Assembly: GCA_035310725.1 (NCBI GenBank)
Contig: DATGDT010000257.1
Coordinates: 1,216 to 65,215, forward strand
DNA: 64,000 nucleotides
Reading direction: 5' to 3'
Source: Gemmatimonadales bacterium
Lineage (GTDB): Bacteria; Gemmatimonadota; Gemmatimonadetes; Gemmatimonadales; GWC2-71-9
A program made the translations under genes and the position numbers. Each line of letters begins with the position of its first letter. Positions within the stretch are counted from its first letter, which is position 1. Positions 45,564 through 55,164 of the stretch are shown here, one piece after another. Below the pieces are notes generated by a model. It worked only from the letters and a program-made list of their open reading frames with translations, ran no database searches and was not told the DNA's origin.

Positions 45564-46628
45564 TTACGTGACTTCTCCCTCGAGCTCCCGCCCCACGAGT
45601 CCAGCGCGCAGCCAGCGCCAGAAGAGCAGCGAACCGAACGCGACCGTCGCATAGCTGTTGATGAAACGCCAGATCACGGTGTAGCCCGGCAACAATTCCC
45701 GCGGCACGTAGATCGACATCACGGCGGCCGACAGCACTTCGGCCAGGCCCGAAGCGCCCGGCGTGGGCGCAAAGTATAGCAGGAACGAGATGAACGTCTG
45801 GACGAGGAGGATGTCCACGAAATGCGCCGGCAACCCGAGGGCGCGCATGGCGATGTATCCCGCCAGCAGCTTGTTGGCGTGCGAGGGGGCCGACAGGATG
45901 ATCGCCCAGACCAGAGCCAGCAGGCCACGCGGGCTGCCGAACGCCTCCATGCATTCGTGGGCCCGGTCGATGCCCTCCCGCAGGCGATCGATGCGGGCCG
46001 CGACCTTCGCGCTGCGCGCTTCCAGCCGGGTCGCTACCCAGTGCACGAAATCCCGCAGCAGGCGCGGGAAGAACATGGCGAACGCCATGGCGATGCCGAT
46101 CAACACGAAGATGAGGAAGCTGGTCTTGAACAGGTCGTACAGCGTGATGCCGAGCACCACCCCGTGCTGCGCCAGGGAGCGCCCCGCCCCGAGGAAGATC
46201 GCCAGCGGACCCGCTACGGCGAAGAAGATGACGGTGGCGACGAAGGTCATGAACGTCGACGTCACCGCTTCGGGCAGCGCCACCCCCGCGCGCCGCATCG
46301 TCCACATCATCATCGGACCCGCGCCGGTCTGAAACGGCGTGAGGTAGGCGCCCCAGGCGCTCATGCCGCCGGACACGACCATGTCGCGCCAGCGGACTCC
46401 CGGGTGCACGTGCCGGGCGACGACCCACAGCCGCGTCCCCCCTCCCAGCCAGTCCATCGAGGCCAAGCCCAGGCCGATGACCAGCCACCACCAGCGCAAC
46501 CCGAGGAACGCGCTGACGAACGCCTGCCAGTTGTTGCCGTAGAGGAGCAGCCCTACGAAGCCGCCGATCGAGATGAGGGCGAAGACCTCGAGACCGCGGC
46601 GCAGCAATCGGGGGGTGAGGGCGGGCAT
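45564..46628 (-). CDS. Lysylphosphatidylglycerol-synthase-TM-region / flippase-like membrane protein (UPF0104 type)
   Basis: Real part of ORF 45564-46859, starting at ATG 46628 (MPALTPRLLRRGLEVFALISIGG). About 8 TM helices and FAPTPGASGLAEV, typical of this family. Confidence 0.7.
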   Translation of the reverse strand: MPALTPRLLRRGLEVFALISIGGFVGLLLYGNNWQAFVSAFLGLRWWWLVIGLGLASMDWLGGGTRLWVVARHVHPGVRWRDMVVSGGMSAWGAYLTPFQTGAGPMMMWTMRRAGVALPEAVTSTFMTFVATVIFFAVAGPLAIFLGAGRSLAQHGVVLGITLYDLFKTSFLIFVLIGIAMAFAMFFPRLLRDFVHWVATRLEARSAKVAARIDRLREGIDRAHECMEAFGSPRGLLALVWAIILSAPSHANKLLAGYIAMRALGLPAHFVDILLVQTFISFLLYFAPTPGASGLAEVLSAAVMSIYVPRELLPGYTVIWRFINSYATVAFGSLLFWRWLRAGLVGRELEGEVT

Positions 46629-46716
46629 GCCGCCGACAAACCTAGGACGTTCCCGGGTAGCCGCCAGCGGCCGCCGCTCCCCTGCGCGCGGCCGTTTCCG
46701 GTTAACTTTGCAGGTT

Positions 46717-49560
46717 ATGTCGGCGCCCCCCGATCGCGTGATTCTCCGCAATGCGCGACAGCACAACCTCAAGGGAATCACGGTGGAGCTGCCCCGGCGG
46801 GCGCTCACCGTCATCACCGGCCCCTCGGGGTCCGGCAAGAGCTCGTTGGCGTTCGACACGCTGTATGCGGAGGGACAGCGCCGCTACATCGAGTCGCTCT
46901 CCACGTACGCCAAGCAGTTCCTCGAGCGCATGCCCAAGCCCCTGGTGGACTCCCTCGAGGGTCTGTCTCCGGCCGTGGCCATCGAGCAGAAGAACCCCAC
47001 GACCTCCAGCCGCTCCACCGTCGGGACCGCAACGGAGATCTACGATTTCCTCCGACTTCTCTGGGCACGGGTGGGCACCCCCTATTGCCTCCACTGCGGT
47101 TCGGTGGTCAAAGTGGACACGGTCGAGGAGGTCGTGGACGACATCCTCGGGGCAACGGGGACCCTGCAGAGCGCCGCTGGGGAGCAGTCGGAGGCGGTGC
47201 TGGTCACCTTCCCGCTGCCCGACAGCGCGCATCGCCCCGACGTCGACGCCGCCGCCCAGCTGGTGGCGGCCGGATTCGTACGTGCCCAGGTGGATGGGGT
47301 TCTGCTCCGACTCGATGAGCCGGAGGCCGAGTCACGGGTCCGGGGAGGCCGCGACGTGCTCGTCATCGTGGATCGCCTCGCTCCGTCGGACCGCAATCGC
47401 GGTCGGCTGGCCGACGCGGTCGCCACCGCATTCGCCGAAGGGGAGGGCGTCGCCGTGGCGCTCGACAACGGGCGGCGACGTCGTCTTTCGTCTCACCCGA
47501 CCTGCTCGGCGTGCGGGCGGGCCGGCCCCGCGCTCACCCCGGCGCTGTTCTCCTTCAATAATCCGCGCGGCGCCTGCCCCGGGTGCAACGGATTCGGAGC
47601 GGTGCTCGAGTACGACGAATCGCTCATCGTGCCCGAGTCCGGCATGACCCTCGCGCAGGGCGCGATCGACCCGTGGACGAAGCCGCGCTATGAAGGTCGT
47701 CGCCGCCTGCTGCGCGAAACGGCGCGCGCGCGCGGGATCCCGGCGAACACTCCGTGGCGTGACCTGGATGCCCGTCAGCGCCACTTCCTGCTGCACGGCG
47801 GCACCGGCGGCGGCCGCTACGTGGGGGTCTTCCCCTTCCTCGAGCGGCTCGAGTCGAAGCGTTACAAGCAGTACATCCGCGTGTTCCTCCGGCAGTATCA
47901 GCTCGCCAAGACCTGCCCCGCTTGCAGCGGCGCCCGCCTGAAGCCCGAGGCCCTGGCGGTCCAGGTGGGCCGGCGCACGATCGCCGAGGTCGCCGCTCTC
48001 ACGGCCGCGGAGCTGCAGCGCTGGATCGGCGAGCTGACGTTGACACCGTTCCAGCAAGCAGTCGCGCGGCACCTGCTCGAGGAGCTGACGGCCCGCGTGT
48101 CGTTCGTCGTGGACGTGGGTCTCGGGTACCTGACCATCGATCGCCAGACCCGTACCCTGTCGGGCGGCGAAGCCCAGCGCATCGCGCTCTCCAACGCCCT
48201 CGGGTCCAAGCTCACCGAGACCCTGTACGTCCTCGACGAGCCGACCATCGGCCTGCACCCGAGCGACGTGCAGCGCCTGCTCGCCCTGCTGCGCCGCCTC
48301 GCGACAGCCGGCAACACCGTCGTCGTGGTGGAGCACGACCCGGCCGCCATGGCCGTCGCCGATTACATGGTGGAGCTGGGTCCCGGGAGCGGGACCGCGG
48401 GGGGATCGCTCGTCTATCAGGGACCGGCCGCCGGGGTGAAATCGGCCGGCACCCTCACCGGCCAGTATCTCTCGGGGGAGAAGCGGATCAGCGTGCCGTC
48501 GGCGCGGCGCCCCGCCCTGCGCTGGCTCACGCTGCGCGGGGCCCGGCTGCACAACCTCGAGAACGTGGACGTCCGGATTCCCCTGCATGCGCTCGTCGCC
48601 GTCACCGGCGTGTCGGGCTCGGGCAAGTCCACCCTGGTGCACGACGTCCTGTACCGCCAGCTGGAGCGCCGGCTCCGGGGCGGGCACAGCGCCAAGGAGC
48701 ACCTGGGCGAGCCGGTGGGCGAGGTCGCGGCGCTCGAGGGCTGGGAGGCCATCGGCGACGTCGTCCTGATCGACCAATCGCCGATCGGCCGCACGCCGCG
48801 GTCCAACCCAGTCACTTACGTGAAGGCGTTCGACGAGCTGCGACAGCTGTTCGCCGCCCTGCCCCGCGCCCGCGAGCGGCGCTACACCGCGAGCACGTTC
48901 TCCTTCAACGTCCGGGGCGGGCGCTGCGAGGCGTGTGAGGGGGCCGGGGCGGTGCTCGTGGAGATGGTCTTCCTGGCCAACGTGTTCGTCCCCTGTGAGA
49001 TGTGCGGCGGACGGCGGTTCAAGAAGGAGGTGCTCGACGTCCGGCTCGACGGACAATCGATCCACGACGTGCTCGAATGGACGGTGGACGAGGCGCTGCG
49101 CCGCTTCCACAAGCAGCCACGTCTGGCCCGGGCCCTGTGGCAGCTGCAGCAGGTGGGACTCGGGTATCTGCGGCTCGGGCAGCCAGCCACCACCCTTTCG
49201 GGCGGAGAAGCCCAGCGGCTCAAGATCGCCCGCGAGCTGACCCTGTCGGGGATCCGACCCGCTCGGGGGGGAGGCACAGGCGGCCGGCGCAATCTCTACA
49301 TCCTGGACGAGCCCACCACCGGGCTCCATCTCGACGACGTGCGGACGCTGTGCCGCGTCCTCGACCGCCTGGTGGACGCCGGGCACACCGTGGTGGTCAT
49401 CGAGCACCACCTGGACGTGATCAAGCGGGCGGACTGGGTGATCGACCTGGGTCCGGGGGCGGGCACCGCCGGCGGCCGCATCGTCGCGGCGGGCACGCCG
49501 GAGGCGGTGGGACAGGCCGCGGAGAGCGCCACCGGCCGCTATCTGAAGGAGGTGCTGTGA
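46717..49560 (+). CDS. uvrA: Excinuclease ABC subunit A family protein
   Basis: Real part of ORF 46573-49560, starting at ATG 46717. Two ABC modules (GPSGSGKSSLAFDTLYAEGQRRY; GVSGSGKSTLV), two LSGGEAQR signatures and Cys4 zinc modules (CPGCNG, CEACEGAG...CEMCGGRR). Confidence 0.88.
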   Translation: MSAPPDRVILRNARQHNLKGITVELPRRALTVITGPSGSGKSSLAFDTLYAEGQRRYIESLSTYAKQFLERMPKPLVDSLEGLSPAVAIEQKNPTTSSRSTVGTATEIYDFLRLLWARVGTPYCLHCGSVVKVDTVEEVVDDILGATGTLQSAAGEQSEAVLVTFPLPDSAHRPDVDAAAQLVAAGFVRAQVDGVLLRLDEPEAESRVRGGRDVLVIVDRLAPSDRNRGRLADAVATAFAEGEGVAVALDNGRRRRLSSHPTCSACGRAGPALTPALFSFNNPRGACPGCNGFGAVLEYDESLIVPESGMTLAQGAIDPWTKPRYEGRRRLLRETARARGIPANTPWRDLDARQRHFLLHGGTGGGRYVGVFPFLERLESKRYKQYIRVFLRQYQLAKTCPACSGARLKPEALAVQVGRRTIAEVAALTAAELQRWIGELTLTPFQQAVARHLLEELTARVSFVVDVGLGYLTIDRQTRTLSGGEAQRIALSNALGSKLTETLYVLDEPTIGLHPSDVQRLLALLRRLATAGNTVVVVEHDPAAMAVADYMVELGPGSGTAGGSLVYQGPAAGVKSAGTLTGQYLSGEKRISVPSARRPALRWLTLRGARLHNLENVDVRIPLHALVAVTGVSGSGKSTLVHDVLYRQLERRLRGGHSAKEHLGEPVGEVAALEGWEAIGDVVLIDQSPIGRTPRSNPVTYVKAFDELRQLFAALPRARERRYTASTFSFNVRGGRCEACEGAGAVLVEMVFLANVFVPCEMCGGRRFKKEVLDVRLDGQSIHDVLEWTVDEALRRFHKQPRLARALWQLQQVGLGYLRLGQPATTLSGGEAQRLKIARELTLSGIRPARGGGTGGRRNLYILDEPTTGLHLDDVRTLCRVLDRLVDAGHTVVVIEHHLDVIKRADWVIDLGPGAGTAGGRIVAAGTPEAVGQAAESATGRYLKEVL

Positions 49561-50444
49561 CGCGCCGCCAGGCCGACCTCGCGCTGATCTCCGCCTGCCT
49601 GCTCTGGGGAGTCAGCTTCGTCGTCGTGAAGCTCGCGCTCGAGGACGCCACGCCGCTGGCCTTCGCCGCGGTGCGCTTCGCGATCGGCGCCCTGCTCCTC
49701 GCGCCGTTCGCCCGGCTGCGCCAGCCCTTCACCGGTGCCGAGGTGGGAGCCGGCGCCCTGCTCGCGGGTCTGCTTGGAATCGGGTTTCTCGCCCAGACCG
49801 CCGGCCTGGTGTGGACGACGCCCTCCCGCTCCGCGTTCATCGTCGCCATCTCGTCGGTGCTCGCACCGGCCATGGCGGCCCTGGCCCTGCGCGAGCGCCC
49901 CGCCTGGCCGCTGGTCACGGCGGTGCTCCTCGCCGCATTGGGCACCTACTGGCTGACCGATCCCGAGGCGGGCGGGCTGAATCGTGGGGACATGCTCACG
50001 CTCGTCACGGCCGTGCTGTTCGGGGCCCAGATCGTGGCGACCACCGCCCTGTCCCGCCGCTTCGACCCGTTTCGCCTCGTGTGGATGCAGATCGCCGGAA
50101 CCGCGGTCCTGGGCGCCGTCGGGGCTGCCCTGCTCGAGCGGCCCGTGATCCACTGGACGACCACGTTCGTCTGGGCGCTCGCCTACACCACTGTCGGCCC
50201 GACCGTGGTCGCGTTGCTGCTGCAGATGGTGTCACAGCGGCACATGTCATCGGCACGGGCGGCGCTGCTCTTCTGCTTCGAGACGCTGTTCGCCGCGGGG
50301 ACGTCGTGGATGGTTTTGGGCGAGCACCTCTCGGCACAACAGTGGTTGGGTGGAGGTCTGATTCTCGGCGGGCTGATGCTGGCAGAACTGAAGGCGTCGT
50401 CGGCTATCGGCTATCAGCCATCGGCAGAGCGCGATTCGGGTTGA
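49557..50444 (+). CDS. EamA/DMT-family transporter
   Basis: Part of ORF 49002-50444. GTG 49557 forms a GTGA overlap with uvrA. It has 10 TM segments and two EamA repeats. The last ~15 codons (SSAIGYQPSAERDSG) and the stop are encoded by the GCTATCG repeat copy. Confidence 0.8.
   Translation: MTRRQADLALISACLLWGVSFVVVKLALEDATPLAFAAVRFAIGALLLAPFARLRQPFTGAEVGAGALLAGLLGIGFLAQTAGLVWTTPSRSAFIVAISSVLAPAMAALALRERPAWPLVTAVLLAALGTYWLTDPEAGGLNRGDMLTLVTAVLFGAQIVATTALSRRFDPFRLVWMQIAGTAVLGAVGAALLERPVIHWTTTFVWALAYTTVGPTVVALLLQMVSQRHMSSARAALLFCFETLFAAGTSWMVLGEHLSAQQWLGGGLILGGLMLAELKASSAIGYQPSAERDSG
50403..50433. repeat. Second copy of the GCTATCG heptamer element (left arm and start of spacer)
   Basis: gctatcg gctatca gccatcg gcagagcgcg versus 16185-16215 gctatcg gctatca gctatcg gcagggtgcg gives 28/31 identity. 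A degenerate right-arm unit, ggcgata, starts at 50461, 35 nt after the left arm (36 nt at locus 1). Confidence 0.85.
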
Positions 50445-50469
50445 AGTCGCGGGGCCCGGTGGCGATATT
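50441..50469 (+). promoter_or_regulatory. Candidate promoter of tRNA-Asn
   Basis: TTGAAG (50441-50446), 17-nt spacer, GATATT (50464-50469). It lies about 45 nt upstream of the tRNA 5' end, inside the spacer and degenerate arm of the repeat element. Confidence 0.3.
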
Positions 50470-50514
50470 ACCGCCCCACACACGGGGTAGCACCCGTTGG
50501 CCTTCAGCATCCAG

Positions 50515-50587
50515 TCCCGAGTAGCTCAGTTGGTAGAGCAGCCGGCTGTTAACCGGCGGGTCGGGGGTTCGAGTCCCTCCTCGGGAG
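50515..50587 (+). tRNA. tRNA-Asn (anticodon GTT)
   Basis: Hand-folded cloverleaf. Acceptor tcccgag/ctcggga, D arm gctc-agttggta-gagc, anticodon arm gccgg-ctGTTaa-ccggc, T arm ggggg-ttcgagt-ccctc, discriminator g. No encoded CCA. Confidence 0.93.
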
Positions 50588-50627
50588 CTTCTCTTTCACC
50601 GCCACCGGCTCGAGGTGGACGCACACC

Positions 50628-51353
50628 ATGCCGGAGCCCCGCGGGGTGACTCGCGGGGTCTCGTTTTCCATGAAGCCCCAGCGCATCGGCAAGAACGACG
50701 TCCTGGCCTGGCTCGAGCGGCGGGGTACCCGACGCAACGTCGAGGGCATGGCGCGCTACGGTATCGTCGCCAAGCGCGTGTTCGGGGTGCCGATCAAGAC
50801 CCTGCTGGTGATGAAGCAGCGGTTGGGGACGGATCACGCCCTGGCTGCGGCCTTGTGGGCCAGCGGGTGGTACGAGGCGCGATTACTGGCCGCTTTCGTG
50901 GACGATCCGGCGCGCGTGACGCGTGGGCAGATGAATGCGTGGGCCGCGAGTTTCGAGAACTGGGCCGACTGCGACACAGTCTGTTTCCACCTCTTCGACA
51001 GAACCCCTTTCGCCTGGGAGAAGGCCCGCCAGTGGTCGGCCTCCTCCCGGCTCTTCGTCAAGCGCGCCGCCTTCGCGTTGATGGCGTGCCTGGCGTTGCA
51101 CGACAAGGCGGCTCCCGACGAGCGTTTTCTGGCCTTCCTGCCCCTCATCGAACAGGGCGCGGGGGACGAGCGCAACTTCGTGAAGAAGTCCGTGAGCTGG
51201 GCCCTGCGCGCCATCGGGAGACGAAGCGCGAGGCTCAAGGTTGCCGCCCGGACCGTGGCTGCTCGCCTGGGGCAGTCGGAGCACGCGGCGCCCCGGTGGG
51301 TGGGCAGGGACGCGCTGCGCGATCTCGCGAAGGCGCGCCGGAAGGCGCGGTAG
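50628..51353 (+). CDS. DNA alkylation repair enzyme family protein (AlkD-like HEAT repeats)
   Basis: ORF 241 aa: [45 protein letters not shown]. The start may instead be ATG 50670. Confidence 0.75.
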   Translation: MPEPRGVTRGVSFSMKPQRIGKNDVLAWLERRGTRRNVEGMARYGIVAKRVFGVPIKTLLVMKQRLGTDHALAAALWASGWYEARLLAAFVDDPARVTRGQMNAWAASFENWADCDTVCFHLFDRTPFAWEKARQWSASSRLFVKRAAFALMACLALHDKAAPDERFLAFLPLIEQGAGDERNFVKKSVSWALRAIGRRSARLKVAARTVAARLGQSEHAAPRWVGRDALRDLAKARRKAR

Positions 51354-51384
51354 CGCTTTTGTCGACGTCCTGCAGATTAATGCC

Positions 51385-54300
51385 GTGACGCTTTCCGCCG
51401 AATCGCCATCCCGCAATCCCGGGGACGCGCTCGCCCCGGTGCTGGACGGCGCCTTCCTCCAGGCGCTGCTGGAGCACAGCTCCGACGTCATCGTCCTGCT
51501 CGACGCTGCCGGGACGATCCTCTACACCTCCCCGGCCGTGACCCCGCTGCTCGGTTTTGTGCCGGGCGAGCTGGCGGGCGGCAACGCCTTCGGGCTGGTG
51601 CACCCCGACGATGTGTCGCGGGCGCAGGGCCTGTTCGCCAAGCTCCTGGAGCATCCCGACGACCCGGTCACCGCACGGGTCCGGTACCGCCACAAGGATG
51701 GCAGCTGGCGCGAGATCGAGGGGGTGGGGGTGAACCGCCTCCACGACCCCGTGGTGCGCGCCATCGTCGTGCACTACCGCGACGTCACCGCCCGCCACGC
51801 GGCGGAAACCGAGGCGCGCCGCACCGTCTCGCTGCTGCAGTCCACGCTCGAGTCCACGGCCGACGGGATCCTCGTGGTGGACGACGCCGGGCGGATCGTT
51901 TCCTACAACCGCCGCTTCGTCGAGCTGTGGCGCATACCGCAGGCGGTCCTCGACTCCCAGGACGACGATCGCGCGCTCGCCCATGTGCTCGACCAGATCG
52001 CCAACCCGGAACAGTTCCTCGCCAAGGTCCGCGAGCTCTACGCCCATCCCGAGGCGGCGAGCTTCGACATCCTGGAATTCAAGGATGGGCGCATCTTCGA
52101 GCGGTTCTCCCTGCCCCAGCGGCTCGACGGCAAGTCGGTCGGACGGGTCTGGAGTTTTCGCGACGTGACCGCGCGGGCGCGCGCCGAGCGCGCCCTGCGG
52201 GAGAGCGAGGAGCGGTACCGGGCCTTCATCACGCATACGTCGGAAGGGGTGTTTCGCATCGAGTACCAGCCGCCCGTGCCGGTGGACCTCCGCGTGGACG
52301 AGCAGATCGAGGCCCAATACCGGTCCGGTGTGCTGGCCGAGTGCAATGCAGTGCTGGCCCAGATGTATGGCTTCGAGCGGCCCGAGCAGCTGGTCGGCCG
52401 GCACCAGTACGAGTTTCTCGATCAGTCGGACCCGTCGAATCTCGAAGCGATGCGGCGCTTCGTCCTGGCGGGAAATCGCGATCTGGATGCCGAATACCAC
52501 GAATTCGATCGACTGGGGCGCCGCCGGGTGTTCGTGTGCAACTCCGTCGGATTCGTGGAAAACGGCGCCCTGGTGCGACTCTGGGGCACGCAGCGGGACG
52601 TCACCGAACGCCGCCGGGCCGAGCAGGTGCAATCGGCCACCTATCGAATTTCGGAGGCGGCGAACGCCGCCCATACGCTCCCCGACCTGTACCGCGCCGT
52701 CCATGCGATCGTCGCCGAGCTGATGCCGGCCCGGAATCTCTACATCGCACTGTACGACGAATCGAACCAGACGCTGTCGTTCCCGTACTTCCAGGACGAA
52801 TTCGACACCGGATTCCCCGCCAAACCGATGGGACGGGGCCTGACCGAGTACGTGTTGCGCACCGGCGCGCCCTTGCTCGCGACGCCCGATGTGTACAGCC
52901 GGCTGGTCGAGCAGGGAGAGGTCGAGCTGATCGGGACTCCCTCGCTGGACTGGATCGGCGTGCCTCTCAAAGCGGGAGGCCGCACGCTGGGCGTGATCGC
53001 CGTGCAGACCTACTCGGCGGGCGTCCGGTACGGCGAGCGGGAGCGGCAAATCCTGGAGTTCGTCTCGACCCAGGTCGCCCTGGTGATCGAGCGCAAGCGC
53101 GCCGAGCAACAGCTCGCCGACAGCGAGGCTAAATACCGCCTGCTGTTCGAAGTCAATCCCGAGCCGATGTGGGTCTACGACTACGACCGGTTCCGGATCC
53201 TCGCGGCAAATCGCGCGGCGATCACGAGTTACGGCTACGACGAGGCCGAGCTGGCCGGCATGACCGTGTACGATCTCCACCCACCCGCGGAGCATGCGGC
53301 GCTGGACGAGCTGTTGCGGGGGCCCCGCCAGGGCGCCGCCACCCGGGTCGGGTTCCATCATCGGAAGAAGGACGGCACGATCATCGAGGTCGAGATCCTG
53401 GCCGATTCCATCGATTTCGAAGGACGGCCCGCGCGCCTGGTGCTGTCCCGCGACGTCACACAGCGGCGCCAGCTCGAGCGCCAGCTGCAGGAGAACGAGC
53501 AGAAGTACCGCATGCTGTTCGAGTCGAATGCCGAGGCGATGTACGTCTACGACCTCGAGACCTTCCGCTTCCTCGCCGTCAATCAGGCCGCGATCGCCCG
53601 CTACGGCTATACGCGCGACGAGTTTCTCGCACGCACCGTGTTCGACCTGCGCCCCCCGGAAGAGGTCCCCAAGCTGCAGGCCTATCTGCGGGAGCACCCG
53701 CGCGTGTCCGAAACCACGAGCGGCTGGATCCACCAGCGCAAGGACGGTACGCTGCTCGAGGCGGAGGTGGTCGCCCATACGATCGACTTCGGCGGGCGCC
53801 CGGCCAATCTCATTCTCGCCCGCAACGTCACCGAGCAGCGCCGACTCGAAGCGCAGCTGCGCCAGGCCCAGAAGATGGAGGCGGTGGGTCGGCTTGCCGG
53901 CGGGATCGCGCACGACTTCAACAACCTCCTCACCGCCATCCTCGGATCGGCGCAGTTGGCCCTGCGGGAGGTTGAACCCTCGCACCCCGTTCGCGAAGAT
54001 CTCGAGGAAATCCGCCGCGCCGGGCTGCGTGCGGCCGAGCTCACCCGCCAGCTGCTGGCGTACAGCCGGCGGCAGGTGGTGGCGCCCAAGGTCGTCAACG
54101 TCAACGAGGTGGTGCGCAACGTCGAATCGATGCTCCGGCGCCTGATCCGTGAGGACATCGACCTCGTGCTCGAGCTCGCCCCCCACCCGCTCGCCGTGAA
54201 GAGCGACCCCGGACAGCTCGACCAGATTCTGATGAACCTGGTAGTCAACGCGCGCGACGCCATGGCTTTGGGCGGCCGCATTACGGTGCGCACCGCCGCC

Positions 54301-54996
54301 GCCATGTTGGGCGTCCAGCAGCCGGGCAACGAGCCTCCCGCGACTCCCGGCGCCTATGTGTACCTCGCCGTCTCCGACACGGGGAGCGGCATCACCCCCG
54401 AGGCGCGCGCCCATCTGTTCGAGCCGTTCTTCACCACCAAGGAGATGGGCAAGGGCACGGGCCTCGGCCTGGCGACCGTGTACGGGATCGTCAAGCAGAA
54501 CAGCGGGTTCATCTACGTGGACTCGGGGCCAGGCCTGGGCACGACGGTCCGGATTTACCTGCCGCTGAGCACGGAGCAGCTGCCCGGTGGGGAGGTCGCG
54601 GCCCCGGCGACCGCACCCGCCAAGGGCTCGGAGACGGTCCTCCTGGTCGAGGACGAGCCCGCGGTGCGGCAGTTCGCCCGGCGGGCGCTCGAGGCGAGCG
54701 GCTATTGCGTCCTCGCCGCCGGTGACGGTGCGGAAGCCCTCACGCTGGCGGACCAGCACGCCGGCATCATCCACGTGCTACTGACCGATGTGGTGATGCC
54801 CGGGATGGGGGGCCCGGAACTCGCCCGCAAACTGTCCCTGCGACGACCAGGCCTGAGAGTCCTGTACTGTTCGGGCTATACGGATGACGCCGCCATCCGC
54901 GAGGGCGTGCGAGAGGCCGGGACAGCCTTCCTGCAGAAGCCCTTCGCCCCGGAGGATCTGATTCACAAGATCAGGGAGGTGCTGGCCACGCCGTGA
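51385..54996 (+). CDS. Multi-PAS/GAF hybrid sensor histidine kinase with C-terminal receiver
   Basis: Part of ORF 51241-54996; GTG 51385 is the first in-frame start after the alkD-like stop. At least five PAS/PAC-like repeats, a GAF-like segment, HisKA ([14 protein letters not shown]), HATPase ([13 protein letters not shown]) and REC (VLLVEDEP...[12 protein letters not shown]). Confidence 0.88.
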   Translation: MTLSAESPSRNPGDALAPVLDGAFLQALLEHSSDVIVLLDAAGTILYTSPAVTPLLGFVPGELAGGNAFGLVHPDDVSRAQGLFAKLLEHPDDPVTARVRYRHKDGSWREIEGVGVNRLHDPVVRAIVVHYRDVTARHAAETEARRTVSLLQSTLESTADGILVVDDAGRIVSYNRRFVELWRIPQAVLDSQDDDRALAHVLDQIANPEQFLAKVRELYAHPEAASFDILEFKDGRIFERFSLPQRLDGKSVGRVWSFRDVTARARAERALRESEERYRAFITHTSEGVFRIEYQPPVPVDLRVDEQIEAQYRSGVLAECNAVLAQMYGFERPEQLVGRHQYEFLDQSDPSNLEAMRRFVLAGNRDLDAEYHEFDRLGRRRVFVCNSVGFVENGALVRLWGTQRDVTERRRAEQVQSATYRISEAANAAHTLPDLYRAVHAIVAELMPARNLYIALYDESNQTLSFPYFQDEFDTGFPAKPMGRGLTEYVLRTGAPLLATPDVYSRLVEQGEVELIGTPSLDWIGVPLKAGGRTLGVIAVQTYSAGVRYGERERQILEFVSTQVALVIERKRAEQQLADSEAKYRLLFEVNPEPMWVYDYDRFRILAANRAAITSYGYDEAELAGMTVYDLHPPAEHAALDELLRGPRQGAATRVGFHHRKKDGTIIEVEILADSIDFEGRPARLVLSRDVTQRRQLERQLQENEQKYRMLFESNAEAMYVYDLETFRFLAVNQAAIARYGYTRDEFLARTVFDLRPPEEVPKLQAYLREHPRVSETTSGWIHQRKDGTLLEAEVVAHTIDFGGRPANLILARNVTEQRRLEAQLRQAQKMEAVGRLAGGIAHDFNNLLTAILGSAQLALREVEPSHPVREDLEEIRRAGLRAAELTRQLLAYSRRQVVAPKVVNVNEVVRNVESMLRRLIREDIDLVLELAPHPLAVKSDPGQLDQILMNLVVNARDAMALGGRITVRTAAAMLGVQQPGNEPPATPGAYVYLAVSDTGSGITPEARAHLFEPFFTTKEMGKGTGLGLATVYGIVKQNSGFIYVDSGPGLGTTVRIYLPLSTEQLPGGEVAAPATAPAKGSETVLLVEDEPAVRQFARRALEASGYCVLAAGDGAEALTLADQHAGIIHVLLTDVVMPGMGGPELARKLSLRRPGLRVLYCSGYTDDAAIREGVREAGTAFLQKPFAPEDLIHKIREVLATP

Positions 54997-55036
54997 GGAA
55001 ATGATGGAAACAAAGCGAGTGTCTACTCACTCTTTG

Positions 55037-55120
55037 TGGCAACTCGTTCGCTGTAAATGACTTACTGTCACACAAGCCCTGCAATGGCATCGTAAGTCAC
55101 GTCCAACACAAGAGTTGCCA
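55037..55120. other. Nested-stem structured element in an AT-rich spacer (candidate terminator or small RNA)
   Basis: Outer stem tggcaactc (55037-55045) / gagttgcca (55112-55120). Inner stem tgacttac (55058-55065) / gtaagtca (55092-55099). Apical gcc/ggc (55076-78/55086-88). Local GC is about 47% by hand count over 55001-55130. Confidence 0.35.
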
Positions 55121-55164
55121 TAAGCCTGACCCGCAGTTGACCGCCCCCCAGCTAGATTGCGCCC

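Noticed and set aside
51235-54774. 1179-aa minus-strand ORF
   Set aside because: It is antisense to the PAS/GAF hybrid histidine kinase gene and has an artefactual composition. The same reasoning applies to 39687-42149, 37164-39533, 47332-49410, 22136-24091, 24918-27005 and 12475-14652.
55001-55060. 19-codon mini-ORF MMETKRVSTHSLWQLVRCK as a real gene
   Set aside because: It is too short and has no comparative support. The SD-to-ATG spacing is only marginal. It is mentioned only as part of the structured-spacer observation.
55137-55158. TTGACC…TAGATT as a standard -35/-10 promoter for holB
   Set aside because: The spacer is only 10 nt, so the two hexamers cannot act together. Only the -10-like TAGATT, with possible leaderless initiation, remains as speculation.
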